IMG/VR virus record: IMGVR_UViG_3300020477_000014
Coordinates: 96,001 to 160,000 of that record
Length of the DNA: 64,000 bases
Strand: one strand, 5' to 3'
Origin: a virus
Shown: piece after piece, positions 27,134-37,165 of the stretch
Layout: each line of letters opens with the position of its first letter
Position numbering within the stretch: the first letter of the stretch is position 1
Notes under the pieces: generated by a model
Seen by the model: only the letters and a program-made list of their open reading frames with translations
Databases searched by the model: none
What the model was told of the DNA's origin: nothing
Translations under genes and position numbers: made by a program

Positions 27134-28007
27134 TAACTTTAACTTCGCACAGATGCCAACGGGCTCCGGACCCTTTTCTTTGAAAGAGGTGGGAATGCTT
27201 TCGTCCACTATCGAGGACATTGACCAAGCTATGACCGCATGGGTTAAGGATGACTTACGTTTGACGACGCGCACCAACGAAGGATTGATTACGGTTCCTG
27301 TTTTGTGGCAGGCGCCCGAAAGAGCTTATCAAATCAAGCACAAGAAGGATTTACGAGATGATGCCGGCGCCCTTAAGCTTCCCTTGGTATCCGTTGAGCG
27401 CACCAATATCACCAAAGATCCATCAAGAAAAGGATCTTTCCAGGCGCACCTGTTTTCAGCTAATCGTAATGGCAGGTCGGGAAGATTCGTGATCGCCAAG
27501 CGTATAGTGCCGAACAAGACGCGCAACTTTGCTGTAGCAGCCGGCACTCGAGTTGAAGATGTAGCTGACGGCGAGCGACAAAGATATTTTCCAAGAGTTA
27601 ATAAAAAAGTAGTTATTCAGACTGTTTCTATCCCGATCCCTGTGTATGTAAGCGTGGATTACAAAATTACTCTTAAATCTGAGTACCAACAACAAATGAA
27701 TGATTTGGTGGCTCCCTTTGTTGCGCGCACCGGACAGATTAATGCCTTTACACTATACAGAAAGAACCATTCTTATGAGGCTTTTATCCAACAAACCTTT
27801 GCTCACAATAATAATGTTTCTAATTTAGCGGAAGATATGCGGATGTTTGGAACGGAGATAACAATCAGTGTTTTGGGGTATCTAATCGGGGAAGGGGAAA
27901 GCGACGATCGTCCCATTGTTCGCATTGACGAAAACACAGTAGAGTTTCAGTTTCCTAGTGAGTCGGTGGTACCACCGGGTAATCCAAATTTATTTAGTTC
28001 AAAGTAG
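27123..28007 (+). CDS. Tail terminator / sheath stabiliser (gp15-like)
   Basis: Between neck and sheath. LKLPLVSVER and PIPVYVSVDYKI motifs. Start 27123 overlaps the previous stop. Confidence 0.55.
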   Translation: MLPDNFNFAQMPTGSGPFSLKEVGMLSSTIEDIDQAMTAWVKDDLRLTTRTNEGLITVPVLWQAPERAYQIKHKKDLRDDAGALKLPLVSVERTNITKDPSRKGSFQAHLFSANRNGRSGRFVIAKRIVPNKTRNFAVAAGTRVEDVADGERQRYFPRVNKKVVIQTVSIPIPVYVSVDYKITLKSEYQQQMNDLVAPFVARTGQINAFTLYRKNHSYEAFIQQTFAHNNNVSNLAEDMRMFGTEITISVLGYLIGEGESDDRPIVRIDENTVEFQFPSESVVPPGNPNLFSSK

Positions 28008-28064
28008 ATCAGGAAGTGAAAACAATCTTTTATTGGTGTGGGTCCGCCTTTTGAGAATAAAAAT

Positions 28065-28072
28065 ACTATTTA
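28065..28072 (+). promoter_or_regulatory. Putative late-promoter octamer ACTATTTA
   Basis: Intergenic, before the sheath gene. Confidence 0.6.
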
Positions 28073-28134
28073 TTTAATGATTGAAGTGGCAAATAACAGA
28101 CCATTTTTTAGACATCTTAAAAGGAACCATAATC

Positions 28135-31122
28135 ATGTCAGTGAAAAGTTTTAAATTTGTATCTCCTGGAGTGTTTATTCACGAAATAGATAATTCCTTT
28201 GTGCCGAAATCGGCGGAAGCCATTGGTCCCGTTGTTATCGGGAGGGCTGCCAGAGGGATATCAATGCAGCCGGTAAAGGTGGAGTCGTATTCTGAGTATG
28301 TTGAAATGTTCGGCGATACGGTACCTGGATTTGCCGGTGGTGACATTTCCCGAGATGGAAATTTCCAATCTCCGATGTATGGAACTTATGCTTCGAAGGC
28401 TTTTTTGCGGGCTAATGTGGCTCCATTAAATTATATTCGTCTTTTGGGACAACAAAGCACAAACGCTAGTGCCGAGGGCTACGCTGGGTGGCAAACTGAA
28501 AACAATGTTAATCCCCAACTAGACTCAAATGGTGGCGCCTATGGGATGTTCTTGTTTAAAAGCAGTAGTGCCACCCAAGGGAAACTCCTGGGTCAGGTAA
28601 ATTTGGGAGAAGGACGCCTAGGGGCTATCTTTTATGTTAACAATTCGGCATCGTTACAGTTGTCGGGCAACTTTATTTCGGGTACCCGAGGCGACTGGGA
28701 CGCGAACAACGCCGGCCAAGGAATCGGAACAGTTATCTATAATCACGATGAGGGTGACCGCCTTTTTACGGTTGTTCTTACTTCATCGAATGGAACGTAT
28801 AATGAGAAAGTCCAATTTAACTTTGATGACACTTCGGATTTTTACATCAGGAAGAGAATCAACACCAATCCTCAATTGACTAGTGCTCCTGGTTCCTTTT
28901 ATCCCACCAGTTCTCACAAGCCGTATTGGTTAGGGGCGACATATGATCAATTTTTACGCGAAGGTGGTTATATCCCGGGCAAAAATTTGTCCGCAGTTAT
29001 ATTGCCCTTGGCAAATACCGCAAGTACATCCATCGGACCTCATAACTTGCGCGAAGCATCTAGAGAGGCTGCGACTGGCTGGTTCGTTGGTCAAGATACT
29101 GGTCCTCACGGCACATCCTTCGTAATTCAACATTTAAAGAACAACAAACTATTTCGCCTTAAAGGTCGCGGTCACGGAGAATGGCTTCATAGGAATCTGA
29201 AAGTTTCTATTGAGAAAATACGAGTTTCTAATTCCTCTCTTACCGACTACGGTACATTTTCGGTAGTTTTGCGCAGCCTGCTGGACACAGATAACAATGT
29301 GCAGGTAGTTGAGAGATTCGATAACTGCACATTAGATCCATCTTCTCCTAATTTTGTTGCACGAAAGATCGGCGATATGTATCTTAAGTGGGATGACAAC
29401 AAGAAAACACTTCAACAGGTAGGGGAGTATCCTAATAATTCTCGCTTTGTGTATGTTGAATGTAATCCGGATGTGGAAGCCGGCGCAACAAACCCGGCGC
29501 TTTTGCCAGTAGGGTTTTTGGGAATTCCTAAATTTACCAACGTGACAGACCTCTTCGCCGGAGCAGTTGTGGGAGCAGGCGTCGGCAATAATTCTCTAGC
29601 GAACAAGTATATTTATTGGACCACCACCGCCGACGGGTTCATTGGACTAGGCATGCCGGGTACCCTCCCCAGGACACATCTCAACAGATCAATATTGAGC
29701 GGCGGCGCCGGGACAACCAACGTCGTAGCTGGCTCCGGACACCATTCGGCGTCTTTGATGGCATTTCCCTCTAGTTCTTATAGACAGAACGCCTCCGATG
29801 GTGGACTGTCAGATCCCACAAATGCTTATTGGGGATTTAGTACTACACGGACTGTCGACTCGAGTCGAAGTGATCATAGTGTTATGGATTTGGGGAACCT
29901 GCTTAAAAGCGACTTTAAGGATGATTGGTCGACCTATGATGCCGCGACTGACGGAATCGACCCATGGGACTTGATTTTCACCTTACAAGATCTTTCGGCT
30001 TCGGGAGGTGTTTCGGGAACAGGGACATATCATTGGGTTAGCGGCTCTCGACGAAATGAGCTAGCTGTCCCCTTGAACAAGACTTTGGAAAACGGATATG
30101 GACAATTTACTGCTCCCTTCTTCGGAGGGTTTGATGGATTTAATAATCGAGTACCCGATCCTCTTTATAATATGGGGATGAAAAATGCTACCGAAACCAA
30201 CAACTCTGCTTATTACACATGGAAGCGCGCAATTGACACCATAGCGGATCCTGAATATATTAATATGAACTTGTTGGCCGCGCCAGGATTAACTAAAAAT
30301 AGACTAACGAGACATATGATTAATGTATGTGAAGATCGCGCCGATGCCATGGCATTGGTTGATTTGGGAGATGTTTACAAGCCTCCACACGAAGAGTACT
30401 TCTCAAACAAGTCACAGCGTGTAGGTGCTGGACCCACACAAGTGGCCAAGAGCCTCAAAAATCGCGCGATTGATTCCAGTTATGGATGTACGTTCTATCC
30501 ATGGGTTCAGACTAGAGATGAGTCTTCCGGACAGTTAGTGTGGATCCCGCCCTCTGTGGCGATGATGGGGGTTCTTGCAAGCTCTCAAGCTAAATCGGAC
30601 GTTTGGTTTGCCCCTGCTGGGTTTAATCGCGGCGGATTAACTGATGGTGCGGCTGGAATTCCAATTATCAATGTGACTGAAAGGGTGGTATCTAAAGATC
30701 GAGACACACTATATGAAGCACGGATTAATCCAATTGCTTCTTTCCCCTCTACAGGGCTTGTAGTTTTCGGTCAAAAAACACTCCAGGAACGACAATCTGC
30801 GCTTGACAGAATTAATGTTCGACGACTTGTTATTTATCTTAAGAAGCAGATTTCTATCTTAGCATCACAAGTATTGTTTGAGCAGAATGTTCAAGCTACA
30901 TGGAATCGTTTCCGTGCTTTGGTTGAGCCTTTCTTGGCGAATGTAAAAGTTCAGTTTGGTATTACGGACTACAAGTTGATTCTTGATGAATCAACCACTA
31001 CTCCTGACCTTATTGACCAAAACATTATGTATGCCAAGATTATGGTTAAGCCTGCGCGCGCAATCGAGTATATTGCAATCGACTTCGTAGTTACCTCTAC
31101 TGGTGCTTCGTTTGACGATTGA
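28135..31122 (+). CDS. Tail sheath protein (T4 gp18-like), enlarged
   Basis: FVSPGVFIHEIDNS N-terminus, WFAPAGFNRG, RINPIASF, VVFGQKTLQ and SALDRINVRRL. Start 28135 preferred over 28081. Confidence 0.95.
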   Translation: MSVKSFKFVSPGVFIHEIDNSFVPKSAEAIGPVVIGRAARGISMQPVKVESYSEYVEMFGDTVPGFAGGDISRDGNFQSPMYGTYASKAFLRANVAPLNYIRLLGQQSTNASAEGYAGWQTENNVNPQLDSNGGAYGMFLFKSSSATQGKLLGQVNLGEGRLGAIFYVNNSASLQLSGNFISGTRGDWDANNAGQGIGTVIYNHDEGDRLFTVVLTSSNGTYNEKVQFNFDDTSDFYIRKRINTNPQLTSAPGSFYPTSSHKPYWLGATYDQFLREGGYIPGKNLSAVILPLANTASTSIGPHNLREASREAATGWFVGQDTGPHGTSFVIQHLKNNKLFRLKGRGHGEWLHRNLKVSIEKIRVSNSSLTDYGTFSVVLRSLLDTDNNVQVVERFDNCTLDPSSPNFVARKIGDMYLKWDDNKKTLQQVGEYPNNSRFVYVECNPDVEAGATNPALLPVGFLGIPKFTNVTDLFAGAVVGAGVGNNSLANKYIYWTTTADGFIGLGMPGTLPRTHLNRSILSGGAGTTNVVAGSGHHSASLMAFPSSSYRQNASDGGLSDPTNAYWGFSTTRTVDSSRSDHSVMDLGNLLKSDFKDDWSTYDAATDGIDPWDLIFTLQDLSASGGVSGTGTYHWVSGSRRNELAVPLNKTLENGYGQFTAPFFGGFDGFNNRVPDPLYNMGMKNATETNNSAYYTWKRAIDTIADPEYINMNLLAAPGLTKNRLTRHMINVCEDRADAMALVDLGDVYKPPHEEYFSNKSQRVGAGPTQVAKSLKNRAIDSSYGCTFYPWVQTRDESSGQLVWIPPSVAMMGVLASSQAKSDVWFAPAGFNRGGLTDGAAGIPIINVTERVVSKDRDTLYEARINPIASFPSTGLVVFGQKTLQERQSALDRINVRRLVIYLKKQISILASQVLFEQNVQATWNRFRALVEPFLANVKVQFGITDYKLILDESTTTPDLIDQNIMYAKIMVKPARAIEYIAIDFVVTSTGASFDD

Positions 31123-31153
31123 TAAGGAAAGGGGGCGAAAAACCCCCTATCAC

Positions 31154-31161
31154 ACTATTTA
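31154..31161 (+). promoter_or_regulatory. Putative late-promoter octamer ACTATTTA
   Basis: Follows the AGGGGG-N7-CCCCCT hairpin (31130-48) and precedes the tube gene. Confidence 0.6.
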
Positions 31162-31191
31162 AAAATAGAACTTAAAAGGAGTTACAAGACA

Positions 31192-31785
31192 ATGGCATTC
31201 TGGTCAGAAAATTTCGGTCAAAATAGTACTTTGAAGGATCCGAAAAGAAAATTTAGATTTACTGTTGAATTTCAAGGAATTCAATCGGCACAAGGGGGTG
31301 CTACTTTGTGGTATGCCAAAACAGTCACAAAGCCCGGATTTACTATCAATACGGCAGAGCACAAATTTTTGAATCATACGTTCTTTTACCCAGGATCTGT
31401 TTCTTGGCAAGAGATTAGTTTAACGTTGGTGGACCCAGTTCAGCCTGATATGACCGCAACTCTATCCGATATCGTGGTAGCTAGTGGTTATACGCCGCCC
31501 ACTGATTCTACAACAGCTTCTTTGACTAGTATTTCTAAAGCCAAAGCAGCCACATCGTTGGGGACCGTGTATATTCAGCAGATAGATTCTAATGGTAATC
31601 CCATTGAAACATGGACTCTGTGGAACTCCTTTATTCAAGATCTTAAATTTGGAGACTTGGCATACGGAGACGACGAATTGAATGAACTTTCTCTGGTCCT
31701 TAAGTATGACTGGGCTCGAGTCGAAACAACCAATCCTTCAGTCGCCGTCAATGGTACACAGGGCACTGAATTTTTCAACGTATAA
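31192..31785 (+). CDS. Tail tube protein (T4 gp19-like)
   Basis: PKRKFRF, YPGSVSWQEISLTLVDP and FGDLAY...LVLKYDWA. Follows the sheath. Confidence 0.88.
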   Translation: MAFWSENFGQNSTLKDPKRKFRFTVEFQGIQSAQGGATLWYAKTVTKPGFTINTAEHKFLNHTFFYPGSVSWQEISLTLVDPVQPDMTATLSDIVVASGYTPPTDSTTASLTSISKAKAATSLGTVYIQQIDSNGNPIETWTLWNSFIQDLKFGDLAYGDDELNELSLVLKYDWARVETTNPSVAVNGTQGTEFFNV

Positions 31786-31810
31786 AATATAGACAAAAGA
31801 GAGGTGTTAT

Positions 31811-32677
31811 TTGTCACGTAATAAAGATAGGCTTGGTGGTGGGTTTTCCCATCCACACAATGCCCCAACTCCGCCCCAGCAGGTGAACTCTCCTGGCACA
31901 AGTGGTGGTTTTTCATTTGTGGTGCCTACAGAATTTGTAGAACTTCCTTCAAAGGGGAAGTTTTATTCCCCTGATCACCCCCTGTACAACCAGGAGACCG
32001 TCGAGGTTAAGCAAATGACAGCAAAGGAAGAGGATATGCTAACGTCTCGTTCTCTGTTAAAAAAGGGTGTTGCATTAGATCGAGTTCTCCAAAGTGTGAT
32101 AGTGGATAAAAACATTAACCCCGACACGCTGCTAATTGGAGATCGGAATGCGCTCATTGTGGCGATGCGAGTTTCTGGATATGGAAGCGACTACAATACG
32201 AGCGTAACTTGTCCCGCTTGTTCGGATGCCCAAAAATATGATTTTAACTTAAACGACATTACCATCTTTCACGGGGAAGATGAAATTGAAACTGGCGTGG
32301 TGCCGCTAGAAAATGGAATGTTTGGCACAGTATTGCCACAAAGCGAGCTTCATGTGGTTTTTCGATTGTTGAATGGTCATGACGAAAAGCGGATGAGTAA
32401 GCGTGTGGAAAATGCTCGCAAACGCAACCAACAAGAAAAGCTTGTAACATCTCAATTGCGTAATATTTTAGTTTCTGTAAATGGAGATGCATCTTCTGAG
32501 GCGCTCCAATATGTTATCGAAAACATGCCAAGTGGAGATGCGCGGCATTTGCGCCTAATGTATAAGCTTAGCGCACCAAACCTAGATATGACTCAGCACT
32601 TCAATTGCTCATCTTGTGGACACGAACAGGAATTGGAGGTTCCGCTGACTGCGGACTTTTTTTGGCCTGACCGATGA
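31811..32677 (+). CDS. Tail/baseplate assembly chaperone (gp26-like), short product
   Basis: TTG start after GAGGTG. VELPSKG, MTAKEEDML, IGDRNAL, CPAC...CSSC and a DFFWP end. Lies between tube and tape measure. Confidence 0.75.
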   Translation: MSRNKDRLGGGFSHPHNAPTPPQQVNSPGTSGGFSFVVPTEFVELPSKGKFYSPDHPLYNQETVEVKQMTAKEEDMLTSRSLLKKGVALDRVLQSVIVDKNINPDTLLIGDRNALIVAMRVSGYGSDYNTSVTCPACSDAQKYDFNLNDITIFHGEDEIETGVVPLENGMFGTVLPQSELHVVFRLLNGHDEKRMSKRVENARKRNQQEKLVTSQLRNILVSVNGDASSEALQYVIENMPSGDARHLRLMYKLSAPNLDMTQHFNCSSCGHEQELEVPLTADFFWPDR

Positions 32678-32909
32678 GTATACAGAAAATGTATACGAGC
32701 AATTTTTCTTCTTAAAATATTCAGGTGGCTGGTCGTTTTCGGAAGCCTATAATTTACCTATTGGGCTCCGCAAATGGTTTGTAGATAGGCTAATTAAGCA
32801 ACTAGAATCTGAACAAGAGATGGTTAAATCTGCCTCACGCGGCGGAAGTGGTCGGCGCCAAACTTTATCAGCGGTGAATCAACCTCCCACTCCACCTCAA
32901 TACAAGTAA
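32658..32909 (+). CDS. Start-less ORF, predicted frameshift extension of the tail chaperone (G/GT-like)
   Basis: The +1 frame reads FFGLTDEYTENVYEQFFFLKYSGGWSFSEAYNLPIGLRKWFVDRL...QYK*. It is closed upstream by TGA 32646-48 and has no ATG/GTG/TTG near its 5' end. T7 run at 32657-63. Confidence 0.75.
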   Translation, partial: FFGLTDEYTENVYEQFFFLKYSGGWSFSEAYNLPIGLRKWFVDRLIKQLESEQEMVKSASRGGSGRRQTLSAVNQPPTPPQYK

Positions 32910-32915
32910 CAGATG

Positions 32916-32936
32916 GGCGGTTTTACCGCCTTTTTT
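32916..32936 (+). terminator. Intrinsic terminator
   Basis: GGCGGT-TTT-ACCGCC-TTTTTT, located after the frameshift ORF rather than after the 32677 stop. Confidence 0.75.
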
Positions 32937-32944
32937 GCTATTTA

Positions 32945-32952
32945 ACTATTTA
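32945..32952 (+). promoter_or_regulatory. Putative late-promoter octamer ACTATTTA
   Basis: 31 nt before the tape measure ATG. Confidence 0.6.
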
Positions 32953-32975
32953 TTTGCAAGGAGGGCAATTCACCC

Positions 32976-35624
32976 ATGGCAGACGATCCCGCAGCGCTCG
33001 GTAAAGCAGCCCAGGCATACCGCGCCCAAGCAGAAGCATTAAAGAGCCTAAATGATGCTTTAAAGGAAAACCAACAGGCACTGCAAGATCTTCTTGACCA
33101 GAAAAAGCTTAGCGCTGGATCTGTTACTGATGCCGAGGAAATTAATGCGCGAAAACTGGTTGAGTCGAAAAGAGAACAAATAAGACTACAGAAAGAGTTG
33201 TTAGACTCTCAGGAACTAAAAGCTTCCAGAGACGCGAATCAATTAATATTGGAACAGGACAAGATTGACAAACTTAATTCTCAAGCTGAAGCTGCTAACA
33301 ACATGTACACCAAGAGAGCTATTCAGCAGGCAGCAGATCGCGCCGCAGACGAGAGAAAAGAAAAAAGCATTCAATGGCAGATAGATAATGAACAAGAACT
33401 CACTGAAGAGGAAAAAAAGAAATTAGACATAGCTTTAAAGAATCAACAGATAGACCAAAAGAGGCCACAATATCTTCGTGAAGCTAAAGAACTTAGCAGT
33501 GGTATTGCACAAGTTTTTCAGTCATATGCTTCTCATCCGTTTTTTAATGTAGACAATATGCTTAAAATTACTGGCGCACTGCGGCAGCCTGGGCAACTCT
33601 TTAAGAGTCTTGGGACCGGCATAATTACTGGACTCCTTAATTCAGTAATCGGCTTGGTATTCGAGATAAATAAGTCTGAGGCTGCTTTTTTCAAAGCAAC
33701 ACGCGCTTCTAAGAGTTTTCAAGTATCTATGACAGAGGTATACAAGGTGGCGCGCCAAAACGTTGTCTCTCTTAAGGATTTCTATAAAGCAACTACAGAT
33801 TTGGTATCCACTTTTACTGATTTTACTCAAATTTCAACGCGAGCAGCACAATCTCTAGCTCTCACTACCTCCACTATGGTTCAATTGGGGCACAGTTCTC
33901 AAACCTTGGCGAAAGATCTGCAAATTCTGTCTGTGGGATTTGGTATGATACCACAGGAAGCCGAAAAAACTTTGCGCGAGTTAGATGCTTTTGCAACAGA
34001 CATAGGGGTTCCGCCCAGCCAACTTACTGAGCAATTTGCTACTATGGGAGACGGCTTGACGAAGTTGGGTAAAGATGGGGTGAGTGCTTTTAAGGAATTG
34101 GCGCGAGTATCGAAGATCACTGGTTTCGAAATGGGAAAAATCCTCCGTATGACTGATCGCTTTGACACTTTCGAAGGTGCCGCAACCGCGGCTGGTAAAC
34201 TGAATGCTGCTTTGGGTAGCAATTTTGTTAATGCCATGGACCTAATGGTTGAAACTGATCCTGTAAAAAGATTTGAAATGATGAGAGGATCATTGCTTGA
34301 TGCAGGGCTCGAGTTTGACAATATGTCCTATTATCAACGAAAGTTTATCGCTGAATCACTAGGTTTAGAAAGCGTGAGTGATTTAGCTGCCATGATGCGG
34401 GGCGATTTAGAGTCTCTAGATGCAGAAATCGGCAAAACATCTGCTGATTATGCCGAGATGGCAAAAAACGCACGTCTCTCTGCTAATTTCCAGGAAAGGC
34501 TAAACGCCATTATGCAAGGAATGATACCAATCTTGCGACCTCTTATCGAGGGCATTGAAATGCTTTTGTATAATTTTGAAGAGGGAACGAAATCACAAAG
34601 TGATTTCTCAGACGAAGCCCGGGCTCTTCAGCCGACTCTTAATAGTTTAGCCGGCGCCTTTAAGTTTTTTATTCAAGTTGCCAAAATTGCTATTGATTAT
34701 TGGCCATGGATAGTGGGCACTATGATCGCCATGAAAGCTGCCTCGCTTGGCGCCGCCTTTGGGCTGTGGTCCGTGAGTCCGGCTGTGGGAGGTATTACCG
34801 TTTCAATTGGTAAATTGGGAGCAGCCTTAACTACTTTGGGCGGCGCGGTTCTTGCTTCGGGAGGCACATTGCTGATCGGTCTCGGCGTTGTTGTTACTCT
34901 GTTGGGATCATTGGGGTATTTAGCTTCTTCTGTGGGAGAGGCGTTTCAGGGAATGGCGGCTCTTTTTAGTTCTTTTGATGGCGCCGGGTTGAGAGATCTT
35001 TCGTCAGCCGTGGGAGATGTTTCCAGTTTGGATTATACAACGGCTGCCGGGAATCTAACATTACTATCGGGCGCCATGGAAGATGTGTCGGCAGCCATGA
35101 TTGACTTAGGGGTGGGTGCTGGTGTCGGAGATATCTCCACATTGATATCGGACGCGTCTAATATGGACACCTCGCGATTTACTATTTTTGTAAATGAAAT
35201 GGTGCGCCTAAAAGACACTCTTAATGAATTGCCTGGCTTCGTGCACGATGACCCGACGGGCCTAGCCGCTAGCGCAGCCATTACAGCCCCTATTGCTGCT
35301 AGAGCTTCGGCAACCTTGTCTACAACACCGTTGCCGCACGGAACAGAGGCTCGAACAGATATTCAAAGAGCACTACAGACTCCCGCAGTGGCGGCGACGG
35401 TAGTATCTCTTTTGCATGCTCAGACTAAAATTCCAACTTCTGGAACTGACAAACCTCAAGAGATTGTTGTTAATGCTCACCTCCCCGTTCTCTTGGACGG
35501 TCAACAAATTGGCGCCGCGGCTCATACCTTTAGGCAGACCGTGCAACAACAAAGCAACACAGCGTTCGCGCTCGGCGGCGCCCCGCCGCCAGTGATGGTG
35601 ATGCCAAAAGGAAAAAATAACTAA
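32976..35624 (+). CDS. Tape measure protein
   Basis: 882 aa, Ala/Leu/Gly-rich helical, with a hydrophobic stretch in the C-terminal half. Follows the tube and chaperone. Confidence 0.8.
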   Translation: MADDPAALGKAAQAYRAQAEALKSLNDALKENQQALQDLLDQKKLSAGSVTDAEEINARKLVESKREQIRLQKELLDSQELKASRDANQLILEQDKIDKLNSQAEAANNMYTKRAIQQAADRAADERKEKSIQWQIDNEQELTEEEKKKLDIALKNQQIDQKRPQYLREAKELSSGIAQVFQSYASHPFFNVDNMLKITGALRQPGQLFKSLGTGIITGLLNSVIGLVFEINKSEAAFFKATRASKSFQVSMTEVYKVARQNVVSLKDFYKATTDLVSTFTDFTQISTRAAQSLALTTSTMVQLGHSSQTLAKDLQILSVGFGMIPQEAEKTLRELDAFATDIGVPPSQLTEQFATMGDGLTKLGKDGVSAFKELARVSKITGFEMGKILRMTDRFDTFEGAATAAGKLNAALGSNFVNAMDLMVETDPVKRFEMMRGSLLDAGLEFDNMSYYQRKFIAESLGLESVSDLAAMMRGDLESLDAEIGKTSADYAEMAKNARLSANFQERLNAIMQGMIPILRPLIEGIEMLLYNFEEGTKSQSDFSDEARALQPTLNSLAGAFKFFIQVAKIAIDYWPWIVGTMIAMKAASLGAAFGLWSVSPAVGGITVSIGKLGAALTTLGGAVLASGGTLLIGLGVVVTLLGSLGYLASSVGEAFQGMAALFSSFDGAGLRDLSSAVGDVSSLDYTTAAGNLTLLSGAMEDVSAAMIDLGVGAGVGDISTLISDASNMDTSRFTIFVNEMVRLKDTLNELPGFVHDDPTGLAASAAITAPIAARASATLSTTPLPHGTEARTDIQRALQTPAVAATVVSLLHAQTKIPTSGTDKPQEIVVNAHLPVLLDGQQIGAAAHTFRQTVQQQSNTAFALGGAPPPVMVMPKGKNN

Positions 35625-36811
35625 TGTCGACTCCAAAATTTAATTCATCTCGGTACTCTCCACAGCGCGCAACAACAGTGGCTAAATCTCGCAAGAGCAA
35701 GAGAGTAGTCGCCGATTATGATGGAAGGTTAAAAGATGTAGACAAGGGGCTGCCATTTTATGCAGATGGTTCTGATGCGTACGCCAATAGCGAATTTACG
35801 GTTGACATAGAACATGTTCCCAGCAATAGAAAGGTGTCGTTTAAAGCATTTATTAATGGCTTTAATGAAAACTATAATTGCGAATGGGCTAGCGAGACGG
35901 TTTTCGGGCGCCCCGATGCTATTCACATGTATAAGACCACCCAAAGATCTATTAACATGTCATTGTTGATCCCGGCGTCCACAGAAGGAGAGGCATTTGA
36001 GAACCTAGGAAGAGTTCAACAATTGGTTCAGTTTCTATATCCAGTATATACGGAGGCAAATCATGCCCAGACGATCTCTCAATCTCCCTTGTTGCGTCTT
36101 CATATTATGAACCTAATTGCAGATCGTTCTATGGTAGGAGATGTGCGAAGAGTGGAGATGTGGCAAGGTGGTGGAGATTATAATCGCAGCACAGCACTTG
36201 GAACACTGCCGAATATGCGTTCGGAAGGAGCGACAAAATTTTATACTGGCACCTTGGGGGTTATTCAAAATTTAAACATTAATCAAAATTTGGATAATCC
36301 GGATGCCGGAGTATTTGAAATTAATCGAGGTATTATTTTACCCAAATTAATAGAAATAAACTTTGAATTTGCTGTGATTCACGAGCACCCATTGGGTTGG
36401 ACCCCTGATCAGGAATTTTCTGAATCTTTTTTCCCATATGGTGTTGATGCTGTGAATAGCTATAAATATACCAAAGAAAACCGCATGAAACGTGGTGCTG
36501 GTACCGCAGCAATTCCAGGTACTCAAGCCTACAAAGATCGAGTAGAGGCGACAGCTTCGCCTCCCTCTGAAGCCTCTCAAGATGCATCTAAGGCACGTCT
36601 TCTTAAGAGAATGGTAAATTCCTTTTCGTCACATCGAGATGCCGCCCGGGCGGAGCGCAGTGGTCGCCAAGCTAAACGTGAAGCCCGTCGACTCAGCAAA
36701 GATTATGCGGAGGTTAACGAAACAGGTCACCAAGCCGCCGATGATAGTCATTCCTCTGTTCATACGAATTTGTTGGCGCAGATAGATGCCTCGGGCGAAT
36801 ATGACACATAG
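35624..36811 (+). CDS. Baseplate / tail-tube initiator-like protein
   Basis: SFKAFI...W...VFGRPDAIHMYKTTQRSI pattern of tube-fold baseplate proteins. Position after TMP. Confidence 0.55.
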   Translation: MSTPKFNSSRYSPQRATTVAKSRKSKRVVADYDGRLKDVDKGLPFYADGSDAYANSEFTVDIEHVPSNRKVSFKAFINGFNENYNCEWASETVFGRPDAIHMYKTTQRSINMSLLIPASTEGEAFENLGRVQQLVQFLYPVYTEANHAQTISQSPLLRLHIMNLIADRSMVGDVRRVEMWQGGGDYNRSTALGTLPNMRSEGATKFYTGTLGVIQNLNINQNLDNPDAGVFEINRGIILPKLIEINFEFAVIHEHPLGWTPDQEFSESFFPYGVDAVNSYKYTKENRMKRGAGTAAIPGTQAYKDRVEATASPPSEASQDASKARLLKRMVNSFSSHRDAARAERSGRQAKREARRLSKDYAEVNETGHQAADDSHSSVHTNLLAQIDASGEYDT

Positions 36812-36823
36812 GGAATATAGATA

Positions 36824-37165
36824 ATGCCAAGATATAAATACACAACCAAGTTTAATAACAATATAGAATTTTATGAGTTCTTAAGAAAAAAACGCAGAAA
36901 TGTAAAGAATATTGTGCAGTATGAAACTCCCATTATGCACAATCCCTCACTATTACAACGAATGAATTTGACTACCGATACGCATATTTGGGCATATGGC
37001 GATCGCTTTTATAATTTGGCGAATGTATATTATGGGAATGTAAAATATTGGTGGGTGATAGCATGGTATAATGGATATCCCACTGAAGCTAGTGTATACC
37101 CCGGAGACGTAATTGAAATTCCGATAGAGTTGGAAGAGGCGCTGGACGCACTGGAGGCATATTAA
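36824..37165 (+). CDS. LysM-like baseplate wedge protein (gp53-like)
   Basis: WAYGDRFYNLANVYYGNVKYWWVIAWYN...PGDVIEIP. Confidence 0.75.
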   Translation: MPRYKYTTKFNNNIEFYEFLRKKRRNVKNIVQYETPIMHNPSLLQRMNLTTDTHIWAYGDRFYNLANVYYGNVKYWWVIAWYNGYPTEASVYPGDVIEIPIELEEALDALEAY

